From: Eledone cirrhosa
Taxonomy: Eukaryota
DNA: 64,000 nt
Reading direction: 5' to 3'
NCBI GenBank assembly: GCA_964016885.1
Contig: OZ024748.1
Location: forward strand, 56,792,001 to 56,856,000
The number at the start of each line of letters is the position of its first letter. Within the stretch, counting starts at the first letter, position 1. Below the pieces are notes generated by a model. It did not search any database and was not told where the DNA came from. It saw nothing but the letters and a program-made list of their open reading frames with translations. Positions 1 to 12,024 of the stretch are shown piece by piece. Position numbers and translations under genes: made by a program.

Positions 1-988
1 TAACAGTATTTCTTCCCATGAATTCTAAGTTCAAATCCCGTCAACAATCAACAGGAACAGTTAACGTAAAAATATCAAAGGATCATCCTATAGTTTATAG
101 TCTCAAACAAAGCAGATAAAACCTTGAAACTTTTTTTTTTTTCTTAAAGTCTGAATAGTTTTAATTTAATAAATATATTGATTGCCCTACTTAGTTCAAT
201 AGTGTTGTGAATAGAACTTTCCAATCCTATCTATGAAGTTTTAAAGAATATATTCCTGTTTCAATTTATCACCTCATAAAAGGCAACGAACAATATCGAT
301 TGTGCAATAGCCATATGTTTAGGGCGTATTGCTGTTGTAATTGGTACCCAAATCATCTTTAAAGTGGAAGGCATATGATGATGTCAGTAAAAATTCTGGC
401 CTTTGTACATAGAGGATACTATTTATTAGTACGCTTTCTCTTAAAGGTGATGACAGCTATTTCTACGTAAAGAATATAAAATTGGTTATTACTCTAGATT
501 TTAGAGTGTTGAACTGGGTCAGATTTCCTTACCAACAACTTCATCGAATTCTTTTGCAAAATACCTTATTTTCATATACCAAGAGTTGCAATTGAAAGAA
601 AAATTGGAACATATTTTTCGCGTTTCTGATTTGAGAAACTTATCCTTACAAATTGTTAGTGCTAGATATATGGAAGTGTTCAGTCTCAGACAAAAGATAC
701 AAAGAATATTATGGAAAGGCGTAACTGGAATAGTATATACTGTAACAAAACAGATTTATGTATTTGCCATAGTTCATGTATTTGTCTTTATTTGCCATAT
801 TTCATGTGTATGTGTGATTGTGTATTTGTCTATATGTGTGTGAGAAAGAGAGTGTACGAGTGTGTGTGTGTGTGTGTGTGTGTGTTTTTATTTTTTATTT
901 ACTTCACCTTTTACGTTAAACAGCATGTTGTAAATTTTAGAAGGTTCAAAATCAAGACAATACGCACACACACACATACACCCCCCCC

Positions 989-1042
<54 letters not shown>

Positions 1043-1044
1043 CA

Positions 1045-1116
1045 TGAGATTGTGAGTTCGATTCCCGGACCGGGCGATGCGTTATGTCCTTGAGCAAGAC
1101 ACTTTATTTCACGTTG
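1045..1116 (+). mobile_element. tRNA-derived CORE-like SINE fragment (family 2)
   Basis: B-box GTTCGATTCC followed by TGTCCTTGAGCAAGACACTTTATTTCACGTTG. The same domain recurs at 42018 and on the minus strand at 47103. Confidence 0.7.
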
Positions 1117-1850
1117 TTTCTTCTACCTGGAGTTGCGACCGATAGATATTATTAGCAATTAGAAAGAGCAACGTAAACATTATTTCCTGGGTCCGATTTG
1201 ACGAAAGTCAATCGAAAATATATCATACTGGGGAACATACATAACAACAATTGCAAGTAGATGAAGGAGAATGTATTTTAATGGCTTTAGGGGCTCAAGT
1301 AAATTATGACTGCAAGATTGAATAAGATAAATAATAGAGAATAAAATATAAAAGAATCTTATTTATTGATGGTTTACGTAAAAATTCAACGAGGAAGAAT
1401 AAGAAAGAGGACATGAAACTATGTTGAATGAACAGACTAAGAAATAGCTTTAGATGAGAAAAGGCAATAGGTATGTCTGAAATAGTGAGAGAAGGAAGAA
1501 AAAATAGCATCACCACTGAAAACTATAGACATTACAGCCACGTCAAGCTTGCCTTTATTGACCACCACACCGACAAACATTCTTCTGCCTTCTAACAAAA
1601 GTCCGCCATATCATGCACAACACACCAGGTGACCTGCCATCTTCAGCATTACCTGTGGCGTAGCCATCATCAACATTGACATAATCATCACCATCAGGTT
1701 CATCATCATGTTCATCATCATCATCATCATCATTAACATATCCATCATCTTTTCCCTCAATATCACATCTATAATTATGACGATGAAGGTGATTGAATTT
1801 TCATCATCATCATCATCGTCGTCATCACACCTAATTATGATTATTATTAT

Positions 1851-2030
1851 TGGCAGTAACGGTAGAGGTTTGGACGCCATGCTTTCTAGCATAGTTACGT
1901 CCCTTTACGGTCTGAGTTCAAATCCCGCCGATGTTAACTTTGCCTTTCATCCTTACAGGTTCGATAAAATAAAGTACCAGTAATGCACTGGTTATTTGCT
2001 GGCCTTGTGCCTAAAGTTGAAACAATTATT
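1851..2030 (+). mobile_element. tRNA-derived SINE family 1 (octopod-like), near full length
   Basis: A-box-like TGGCAGTAACGGTAG, B-box GAGTTCAAATCCCGCC, then TTTGCCTTTCATCC...GATAAAATAAAGTACCAGT...GGCCTTGTGCC...GAAACAATTATT. At least 8 copies occur in the window. Confidence 0.85.
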
Positions 2031-2067
2031 TTCATATATTTAATCACCAGCATAAGCAACACCATCG

Positions 2068-2798
2068 CCACCACTAACACCACCACTAACACCACCACTA
2101 ACACCACCACTAACACCACCACTAACACCACCACTAACACCACCACTAACACCACCACTAACACCACCACTAACACCACCACTAACACCACCACTAACAC
2201 CACCACTAACACCACCACTAACACCACCACCAACACCACCACTAACACCACCACTAACACCATCACTAACACCACCACTAACACCACCACTAATACCACC
2301 ACCAACACCACCACTAACACCACCACCAACACCACCACCACCAACACCACCACCAACACCACCACCAACACCACCACCAACACCACCACCAACACCACCA
2401 CTAACACCACCACTAACACCACCACTAACACCACCACTAACACCACCACTAACACCACCACTAACACCACCACTAACACCACCACTAACACCACCACTAA
2501 CACCACCACTAACACCATCACTAACACCACCACTAACACCACCACTAACACCACCACTAACACCACCACTAACACCACCACTAACACCACCACTAACACC
2601 ACCACTAACACCACCACTAACACCACCACTAACACCACCACTAACACCACCACTAACACCACCACTAACACCACCACTAACACCACCACTAACACCACCA
2701 CCAACACCACCACCAACACCACCACCAACACCGCCACCAACACCACCACTAACACCACCACTAACACCACCACTAACACCACCACTAACACCACCACC
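2068..2798. repeat. 12-bp minisatellite (ACCACCACTAAC)n, about 60 units
   Basis: Read directly. It produces the artefactual (NTTT)n and (VVVL)n ORFs. Confidence 0.95.
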
Positions 2799-2835
2799 GA
2801 CAACATCCTCAATAGAAAAACATAGAAAATAATAA

Positions 2836-2905
2836 AAAGGTCACGGATGGTCGCATTTGAATATAGGTTTGGATGAGCAAGGCTGACCTAGGGCTAAGAA
2901 ACAGT
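2836..2905 (+). mobile_element. decayed retroposon 3' tail (octopod-type ...GCTGACCTAGGGCTAA)
   Basis: Resembles a common octopod retroposon tail. Related decayed pieces lie at about 7790-7950 (+) and 53290-53340 (-). Confidence 0.45.
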
Positions 2906-2983
2906 AGCTTTCTCATCATCATCATCAACTTGACAATCATTTTGATCATAATCAGATAGAAAGAACATCACCAGCTGCTTCAC

Positions 2984-3033
2984 CATCATCATCGTGCCCC
3001 ATCCTCATCAACATCACTACCATCATCATCATC

Positions 3034-3064
<31 letters not shown>

Positions 3065-3270
3065 CCATCATCATCACCATCATCATCACCATCATCATCA
3101 TCATCACAACCATCATCATCATCATCATCATTAGCGCCACCATAAGATAAAATTAATAATAATATTAACAAGGAGAAGAATCGTCATCATCATCATCAAC
3201 GTCATTATCATCATCGACATCATCTTCATCATCGTCATCAACATCATGATTATCATCATCATCAACACCA
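2984..3270. repeat. (CAT)n/(CAC)n microsatellite
   Basis: Read directly. Confidence 0.9.
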
Positions 3271-3544
3271 ACATCCTCTATACGGCCATGTCACATAATG
3301 GGCAAATTATGATAAAGAAAATTAGAAAGGTAGACCAAAAGAAATAATAATAAAAAGAATAGAGAAACAAATAAAAAATGAAAACAACAAAAGAAACAGC
3401 ATAACAAACCAAAAATTACCGTAAAGAAACAAAGGATGCTTGTGGCAGGGCGGAGCAGGGTGGTGCTGGAATGGACAGGGTGAGGTTGTTAACGAAAAGA
3501 AGAAAAAAGAAAAATATATAATGAGGAATGTTCCTAGGAGTAAA

Positions 3545-3859
3545 ATGGGGAGAGGTAGAGACAATGAGACGATGAGAGATAGAGAGGGTGAGAGAAAGTG
3601 TGTGAGAGAGGGAGAGAAAGAGGATACGGAGAGATACAGAGAAAGGGAGAGAGAGGGAAAGAGAGAAAGTGAGTGAGGGATAGAGAGGATACAGTGAGAA
3701 AAAATGAAAGGGAGACAAAGAGAAAAAGAGAGCGAGAGAGAGAGGAAGATAGGTAGAACGAGAAAATGGGAGAAAATAGAAAGGCAGACAGAAAGATAAA
3801 TTGAGAGAAGGAGAGAGAGGGAGAGGGCGAAATAGAGAGAGAGAGAGGGAGAGGGCGAA

Positions 3860-3907
<48 letters not shown>

Positions 3908-4090
3908 GAAATAGATAGAAAGAAAGACAACGTGAAAGAGAAGAAGGCAGACGGGAGAAAAAAGGAGAGAGAGAGGGTGGTAGACAGAACGAGAGGAAGG
4001 GAAAGAAAGAGTGGGGGCAAGTGAGAGAGAGACACAGGGTGAGAGAGACCGAGATATGGAGGGACAGACAGGGAGGTGAGACGGAGAAAC
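3545..4090. repeat. degenerate (GA)n purine-rich tract
   Basis: Read directly. Confidence 0.85.
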
Positions 4091-4505
4091 TGCATCTGAG
4101 TGCATATAAATATATATGTGTGTATATATACATATGTGTGTGTATATGTGTCTGTGTAAGTAATGAGAAAGAAAGTGATAGACAGTCGAAGAGATAGATG
4201 GGGGGGGGGAGAAATGGAGCGAATATATAATAGAGTCACTAGATGTCGCTGTGTGATTTTATATGTGCATGCGTGTATATGTGTATCAGAGAATGTGCAT
4301 TCATACAACAGATTGAGTACGTCTAAGTACTTATATATACATACACACACACTTACACACATGTATATATCTATATATATACATGTGTGTGTGTGTATAT
4401 ATATATGTATATCTCTATATATGTATCTATATATACATATATTTACATATATGTATGTATATCTATATATATATATATATATAGATACATATATGCATGC
4501 ATACC

Positions 4506-4541
<36 letters not shown>

Positions 4542-4665
4542 CATGTGTGTGTGTATATCTATATATCTATCTATATATAATTATATGCATATATATATAT
4601 ATGCATGCATATATATGCATATATATATATATGCATGCATATATATGCATATATATATATATGCA

Positions 4666-4721
<56 letters not shown>

Positions 4722-5303
4722 TGTATATATATATATATATATGTGTGTGTGTATGTCTGTATGTATGTGTGTGTGTATGTATGTGTTTGTGTGTCTATAC
4801 ATACATAAATATATATATATATGTGTGTGAGTGAGTGTATGTGTGTGTAAGTGTGTGCGTGTTTCTGCTCGCCCCACCATATGTGTTTGTAATGTATGTC
4901 CTGATTCCCTATAAATACCTTCCTGCGTCATATATATATATTATTTTGAGTTTAAATTTTCGATCAATTGCATTAAACTTGCAATTTCAACAGAATCTCA
5001 CACTATGAGTATTTAGTGTTTAAAATGAAGTGAGATAACTCCCATAAAATATATATTTATCTTAATTGGCACAGGCTGGTTTTCTTACTTAACGAGTTCA
5101 CTTCGCAACAATAGGATTCTGTGTACCGTCGAGCTAAGCATATCCTTCGTCCAGTGTCTCCTATGACCAAGTGTTGCCTAAGCGCTCAGGAGTAGAATTT
5201 GATGAGATTAAGCTAAAATATGGAAATATAGAAAACTTTTAAGTAGCATAAACTTAAACAAAATTGACTTCGCGCATATAAATGATTGTGATTGACACTT
5301 GTT

Positions 5304-5357
<54 letters not shown>

Positions 5358-5399
5358 ATATATAGAGAGAGAAAGAGAGATAGATATATATATAGATAT

Positions 5400-5552
5400 G
5401 TAATAAGACAAGAGTCAGGACACCGACGGCTGAGTTCCGGATCTAGTTAGGATCTAGCTGTCGAAACGGAGCCCAGCCGTCGGGGTCCTGACTCTTATTA
5501 CCCGCTTTACTGCCTTAAGGTCTACCTGGTTTCTTACCATACTTTCTTTGTT
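5400..5552 (+). mobile_element. fold-back family A element, diverged copy A1
   Basis: AAGAGTCAGGACACCGACGGCTG...CAGCCGTCGGGGTCCTGACTCTT palindrome plus a tail ending CTTACCATACTTTCTTTGTT(TA)n. Homologous to 21839-22032. Confidence 0.75.
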
Positions 5553-5671
5553 ATATATATATATAGTGGTAAGAAACTGGACAGCAGAATGTCTTCAGAG
5601 AAGAAACCTTCTTTTTAGAAATATTTTGCCCCTTTACATTAATATATCTCTCTCTCCCTCCTCCACTCTCG

Positions 5672-5726
<55 letters not shown>

Positions 5727-5729
<3 letters not shown>

Positions 5730-6599
5730 ATAATAATAAATTTGAAGACTAAAATCCAAAGAGGGCTCGATAAGGATAAATATATATCAGATATATAAGA
5801 ACCCTATAGCAAATATTTATTAAAATAACAGATTAAAGTTTAAGCAAAGAATCGCTGCTTTCACCCTTAACGGGATCTTCTGAAACTAAAAAAAGTCAAT
5901 CTGTGAACGTAGAAGTAAATATTTCAAAAAACGTTGCAACCAGAAGAAGACAGGAAGACAATACCTTGGTTCGTGGAAACGTTCCCTGGCAAAGAACGGG
6001 AAAAAACGAAGATAATACGTCATTATTTGGTGCAGTGAAAACAATTACACGCGAAGACAAAACCACGTTTATGGTATAAATGAAGTCGTAGACTAATATT
6101 CAATTACCTCTGTATTTTATTTACTTTATTCTTAACTCTGAAGCCGAGAATCATTCGGTTTCCTAAATAGAATTTTAGTCTACGATTCAGTTATACCATT
6201 TACGTGGTTTTGTCTTTGCGTGTAATTGTTCTCACTGTTCCACATAATGATGTAGTATCTTCGTTTTTTCCGTTCATTGCCAGAGAACGTCTCCATGAAC
6301 CATCTAATAGAATATTAGTCTACGACTTCATTTATACCATAAACGTGGTTTTTTGTCTTCGCGTGTAATTGTTGTCACTGCACCAAATAATGACTTATTA
6401 TCTTCGTTTTTTCCCCCGTTCTTTGCCAGGGAACGTTTCCACGAACCAAAGTATCGTCGTCCTGTCTTCCTTGGGTTGCAAGGTTTTTTGAAATATTTAC
6501 TTCTGCGTTAACAGATTGACTTTTTTGTTTCAGAAGATCCCGTTAAGGGTGATAGCAGCGATTCTTTGCTTAAACGTGAATCTGTTATTTTAATAAATA
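5727..6599. mobile_element. Penelope-like terminal region, family B: about 288-bp inverted arms (5814-6101 / 6310-6599) plus a partial direct repeat (6170-6302)
   Basis: The arms are reverse complements by direct reading, the region is bounded by (TA)n, and it carries an HHR-like motif. Fragments of the same family lie at 9234-9445, 28316-28370 and 62263-62412. Confidence 0.75.
5838..5886 (-). ncRNA. hammerhead-like motif with variant core CAGAAGA
   Basis: GUUU-CAGAAGA-uCCCguuaaGGGu-GAA-AGCAG(loop)UUGCU-U-AAAC. All three stems are present, with a U4A core change and a CUU triplet. Confidence 0.45.
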
Positions 6600-6786
6600 A
6601 ACATATATATAATAATATAATGTGTAGAGGAAGTACACGAGTTAGGATATATATATATATATATATATAAAAAGAGGGAGAAAGAGACGATTATGAGGAA
6701 GAAACATATATATATATATATTTTGTTTTCCTTTTTTTTCTCTCTCTCTTTTTTCTGGGTAAAAAAAAAAATATATATATATTTTT

Positions 6787-6854
6787 CGGGGTCGATAAAA
6801 TAAAGTACCAGTAATGTACTGGATAATTGCTGGCCTTGTGCCAAAAGTAGAAAC

Positions 6855-6856
<2 letters not shown>
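6787..6856 (+). mobile_element. SINE family 1, 3' fragment
   Basis: CGGGGTCGATAAAATAAAGTACCAGTAATG...GGCCTTGTGCC...GAAACAA. Confidence 0.8.
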
Positions 6857-6922
<66 letters not shown>

Positions 6923-6949
6923 CCGCATGTATCTGTGTGTTTCTAAATA

Positions 6950-7381
6950 TATTGTTAATAACTCCCTCTGGTCGAGCAATCTTTGAAGTGTGGGGACTGC
7001 TGGAAAGCTTCCATTACTCATACTTCTCGCCTCCTTCACCACCTCTTCTACGGCTTCGATATAAATACCCCCTCCGCCTCCGTGGTATTTTCTTCGGGGT
7101 TATAAGAGGCTTAGCTCTGTTTCTCGACCGTTATATCGCGTGACTATCTCCCCCTCCGCCTTTTGGGATTCTTTCTCACGTCGTGTAGACGCGTTCTTGA
7201 GACTAGTAAAATGAGGTATCCTCTTGATAAGTCGGCAGACCTCGCAAGGACTCTATATCTTTATGATGTATTGTTTTTGTTTATGCCACGAAACTACGTA
7301 GTCGAGGAATCTAGGAGCAGTTTAGGTATGATACATTTTATTACTAATTATATCTAAATGTTTCTTCTCTCTTCATAATGT
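6950..7381 (+). mobile_element. probable Penelope-like 3' terminal fragment ending in (TA)n
   Basis: Relatively GC-rich insert between microsatellites that contains an HHR about 75 nt before the (TA)n. The 5' boundary is approximate. Confidence 0.55.
7219..7308 (+). ncRNA. type I hammerhead ribozyme, U3-A8 core variant
   Basis: Stem I UCCUC/GAGGA. Core UUGAUAA (7224-7230). Stem II GUcGGCA/UGCCAC. GAA then palindromic ACUACGUAGU. GUC cleavage triplet at 7301-7303. Confidence 0.7.
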
Positions 7382-8116
7382 ATATATATATATATATATA
7401 TTTGTCCATTAATGTAGAATTTATATCCCTATTATAACACAATGTATTTTTTGTACTTAAATATATAGGTATTTATGTCTGTATATAATTATGTACAGGA
7501 TAACTATACACTATACATGTGCATGTATATATGTATACATGAGTATACATTTACTTATTTATCTGAGTACTTGTATATACAAATACTTCACTGCGGCTAT
7601 TTCATGAAAACCTCAAATATTCCTCAGTTGTCTCCCGTGTTTAGCCAACACAGTAAAGGCATATTCGCTATTGAGTTGATGTATTTTCTCAAAGCCTATG
7701 TATTTCTAAATTGACCTTATGATGTATACTATATCAAGTAACATATCACCATCACCACTACAAACATAAAAATAAGGGAATTTTCATATGGTCACATCCG
7801 ATACTAGAAGTAGCAGCCAAATCTCAAACAAATTAAATCATACCCTTTTCAATATAGAGGCAACACTTTAGACGCTAATACTCCTAGATGCAAAATGCCT
7901 CTGAAAATAAGACATGATGTCATGGCTGCAACACTTGTGATCGTGCTTTTACTCGACTAATGCTCACGTGGCGCCAAACAACGAGAAACAACAACAATAT
8001 CAGTAACAGCAACAACAACAATAATAGCAGTAACAACTACAATAATAAGAATAATAACAAAAACAACAACAATATATATATATATACCGAAATCCCCAAA
8101 CAAGCGCAACACGACT

Positions 8117-8247
8117 ACAACCACCACCTCGAAACACAACATACTTGCAATAACAACTATAACAAAAATAACAGCAACAACCACCACCTCGAAACACAAC
8201 ATACTTGCAATAACAACTATAACAAAAATAACAGCAACAACCACCAC
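8117..8247. repeat. perfect 60-bp tandem duplication in a (CAA)-rich tract
   Basis: Sequence lines 8101, 8161 and 8221 repeat with period 60. Confidence 0.9.
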
Positions 8248-8679
8248 TGTCAACGCCACCATTACCAACAATAACAACAACAAGAAATCAGTGCTTCAAA
8301 AGGGGAACAATATAGTAAGTGTAATCATGACAGAATTATCTATGAGTCATGCGCTGTCCGGTATGTCTTACGTACATGTATGAGAATGTGTTCATGTACA
8401 TATGCATGTGTGTGTTCAAACAACCATGTATGTGGATGTGGACGTTTGTGTACACCTATGTGAGTATATATATGATTGTATGTAAGTATATATATATGTG
8501 TATGTGTGTGTGTGTATGCATGTATGTGTGTAATTACGTATGGATGTATCTGTGTGCTTAGGAGTGTTACCGCATGTATATAAGTAAATATATACGCGTA
8601 TGCACGTGCTGACTGACACACAAACATACAAGAAACGCACACACGTATAGACACATACAGGCGTAAATATATACATGAA

Positions 8680-8973
8680 TGCACGTATGCATACATACAA
8701 ACATACATGCATACATACATGCAAGCATACATATACATACATACATACGTATCTGCATACATACATACAAACATATACATACATATATAATTACATACAT
8801 CCGTACCTGCATACATACATACGTACATATATACGTACATACATGCATGCATACATACATACGTGCATACATGCATGCATACATATACATACATATACAT
8901 ACATATATAATTACATAAATACATACATACGTGCATACATATACATACATACATACATACATACATACATACA

Positions 8974-9007
<34 letters not shown>

Positions 9008-9040
9008 ATTACATACATATGCACCTGCATACATACATAC
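8680..9040. repeat. degenerate (CATA)n microsatellite
   Basis: Read directly. Confidence 0.9.
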
Positions 9041-9233
9041 GTGTAACTGAAAGAATATAACAGATTTTAAATCAAATGAATCATTTAAAAGCTTCCAATT
9101 TTCTCTGAATTTTCACAGACGCGTATAAACGCGCACACATCTAGCCACAAACAGATAAATATATGGGTGTATATATTTATGTATGTACGTTTGTATTTAT
9201 GTATGTATATGTATATATATATATATATATATA

Positions 9234-9262
9234 TACGGATTTTAGTCTTCACATTTATTATA

Positions 9263-9320
<58 letters not shown>

Positions 9321-9445
9321 ATAAATAGTAATAATATAATAAATGTGAAGACTAAAATCCGTAGAGGGTTCGATAAGGTTTCAGAAAATCCCGTTAAGTT
9401 TGAAAGCAGCGATTTTTGTTTGAACTTTAATCTGGTATTTTGATA
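9234..9445. mobile_element. family B fragments, with a 34-bp inverted terminal duplication across (TA)n
   Basis: 9234-9267 is the reverse complement of 9330-9363. It is followed by an inverted HHR-like piece GTTTCAGAAAATCCCG...GAAAGCAGCG. Confidence 0.7.
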
Positions 9446-9449
9446 TATA

Positions 9450-9907
9450 TGAGAGCTTCTGACAGGAACTAAAAGACTGATTCTTTTTTGCTTCCCGTCC
9501 CCACGTAAATCAGTGTAAATCAGTGGCTAATTGAGAGATAGAGTCCTATCGGTTGCCAGTTGCTAATCGCTTTACCGTGTCGGTTGTCACAAACAGTCAT
9601 GACCGGCATGGGCCGGTGTTTGGATTCTGTCGATCGATTGGTTATTGATTAGGCGATACCCGCTGATGAAGCCGCATAAGCCGATTGTGCATGGTGCATA
9701 ATATATGCAGACAGATAGTGCAGTGCACCTTACTGCTGCATTAGTGTGGCAGAAACTCGAGTCCGGGAACCTTATAGGCACCCGTTTTACGTGTGTTGTG
9801 TTGAGGCAAATAACTAAGTGTATACTCTGGGAATGTATCTTACATTGCCTATTGAGTGCGCTGAGATACAACTGGTACTGGCATTGATAAATATGCTGGG
9901 TCCGTCA
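9450..9907 (+). mobile_element. probable Penelope-like 3' terminal fragment
   Basis: GC-richer insert flanked by TA repeats that contains a complete HHR core. Confidence 0.55.
9659..9767 (+). ncRNA. type I hammerhead ribozyme with extended stem II
   Basis: Stem I CCCG/CGGG. CUGAUGA at 9663-9669. Stem II base GCCGCAU/GUGUGGC enclosing about 65 nt. GAA then palindromic ACUCGAGU. GUC at 9761-9763. Confidence 0.75.
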
Positions 9908-9955
9908 TATATATATATACACGCACACATATATATATATATATACATATATATA

Positions 9956-10007
<52 letters not shown>

Positions 10008-10139
10008 TGTTTGTGTATATGTATATGATAAAAGTAGGAAAATTAACAGTGATGACAAGACAACGAACGAAAAGCAATGCTTCAAGTGGCACCCTATATA
10101 AATTGTGCTATGAAAAATATAAATAGGGAACGTAAGACA

Positions 10140-10325
10140 CAGATCTCCAGGGTTATCAGCCGTTAATATGGACTTTGGCAGTTTCTACCCCCAACATGTG
10201 GTACTGCTGCTGCATGGCTGTTCTAGATATTACCATTAATTTGGTTAACTTCTGTTGGTGGTTCTTGATATTTGTGGATTTTGAGTTTTGCTTGTGTTTG
10301 TGACATTTGCTGTTTCTACCAGGTT
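10140..10325 (-). mobile_element. possible decayed 3' fragment of an RLE-type LINE
   Basis: The minus frame reads QAKLKIHKYQE, resembling the K..KY..L motif after a restriction-like endonuclease. Heavily frameshifted. Confidence 0.3.
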
Positions 10326-10329
10326 TATG

Positions 10330-10507
<178 letters not shown>

Positions 10508-10572
10508 ACGATAAATTAACGGAGCCATAGACTCGATATATATATTTACAAATATAAAGAGAGAGAAAGAGA

Positions 10573-10606
<34 letters not shown>

Positions 10607-10799
10607 ATGACATAATAAGAAGTACCACAGACCGTCGCGAGAGAATAAAATGCCAAATGAAGAACTTTTAAAGATTCGAAGACATTTTATAATTAAAACT
10701 ACCATCGGAGTAAACAGCTGGATATATGAATATATATATATATATATATCTTACACTTTATTCTATAGTAGTTCAATTATCTATTTTTCTACATAATTC

Positions 10800-10880
10800 T
10801 ATATGTATTTATCCCTTTGGTTTTTCGCCTTAACTTTATAAATTATTTCATTTACCACAATTCTCTCTACATTTGGCAAA
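10800..10880 (-). pseudogene. possible GIY-YIG endonuclease relic (Penelope-like)
   Basis: The minus strand reads CRENC / VNEIIYKVKAKNQRDKYI*, spaced like the IY..YIG motif after a Cys-rich linker. Broken frame. Confidence 0.3.
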
Positions 10881-11545
10881 CTTCTATAATGTATTATATT
10901 TCTGAAGCTACTTTAGATTCAATTTAACTTCATATATAATTCTTATATTTTATTTTCATGATATTCCTATATATTCCTATATATTTATAATTTTTCCTAA
11001 TCCTCTAAGTTGACAATTAATGGGGAACACCTATAAACATATTCCATTCTACAGAGTAAAAGATTGAAATTGCTGATTGTATTATTTTAACGTCAGAATA
11101 TTTCTTAGATTTTAAATACCCATGTATCTTAAAGTAATGATGTATTATCTTTAACGAACTATAGCATACGTCATATTTTATTCCAGTATTGTACGGAGTG
11201 CTCTGCTATCGTTTCCGGAGACATCAATTGGATATTGCATATTAAATATAATAAATAAACTGATTAAATAAAGATGGCGTAGGCATACAATACAACAGGA
11301 GTAAACATAATAGCACCACTAACGATGTTGCAGATATGCAACGAAAGAACTTTGTTAGACTATATATATATGTGTTTGTGTCTATCTTATATTTGTATTT
11401 TTGACCGTTGGTCAGTCAATGGTAACATTGAGGACCGAATAAATTAAATTAACTGACATAAAAGATACAGGAGCGAAAACCAACCAAACGGTGAGTGCGT
11501 TCTGTTATTAATTCTAGCAATATGACCCTCCCAAAGTATAACAAC

Positions 11546-11642
<97 letters not shown>

Positions 11643-11649
11643 GGTGTGT

Positions 11650-11882
11650 GTTAGGTAATTCCGAAGAAAAAGCAAAGGAAAAAAGAGTGCTCTATGTATA
11701 GAACAGAGCTATTTAATTAGAAAGTGAACAACACAATATATAACAACTCCATTACCAAATGTTTCTGTAGTCTAGACACTATTAATATACGTCTGGATGG
11801 TTCATCAGACAGTCATGTTATATCATAACATCTCTGTCTGATGAACGATCCAGACGTATATTAATATTGTCTAGAGTCCAGA

Positions 11883-11887
<5 letters not shown>
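11650..11887 (-). mobile_element. Penelope-like terminus with fold-back palindrome (11759-11887, centre 11823) carrying HHR cores on both arms
   Basis: Minus strand: CUGAUGA-long hairpin-GAAAC-auuug-GUA (11808 to 11753). Plus strand: CUGAUGA at 11838 and GAAAC at 11881, then truncated into (TA)n. Confidence 0.65.
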
Positions 11888-11926
<39 letters not shown>

Positions 11927-11984
11927 CATAGATAAATACATGCTTTACATATATATATATAAATACATAGATAAATACATGCTT

Positions 11985-12024
<40 letters not shown>

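Noticed and set aside
1851-1930. tRNA gene
   Set aside because: The A/B boxes belong to a SINE head, there is no complete cloverleaf, and the sequence continues into the shared SINE body.
1934-2825. ORFs encoding (NTTT)n mucin-like and (VVVL)n peptides
   Set aside because: They are translations of a 12-bp minisatellite, and the plus ORF starts inside a SINE.
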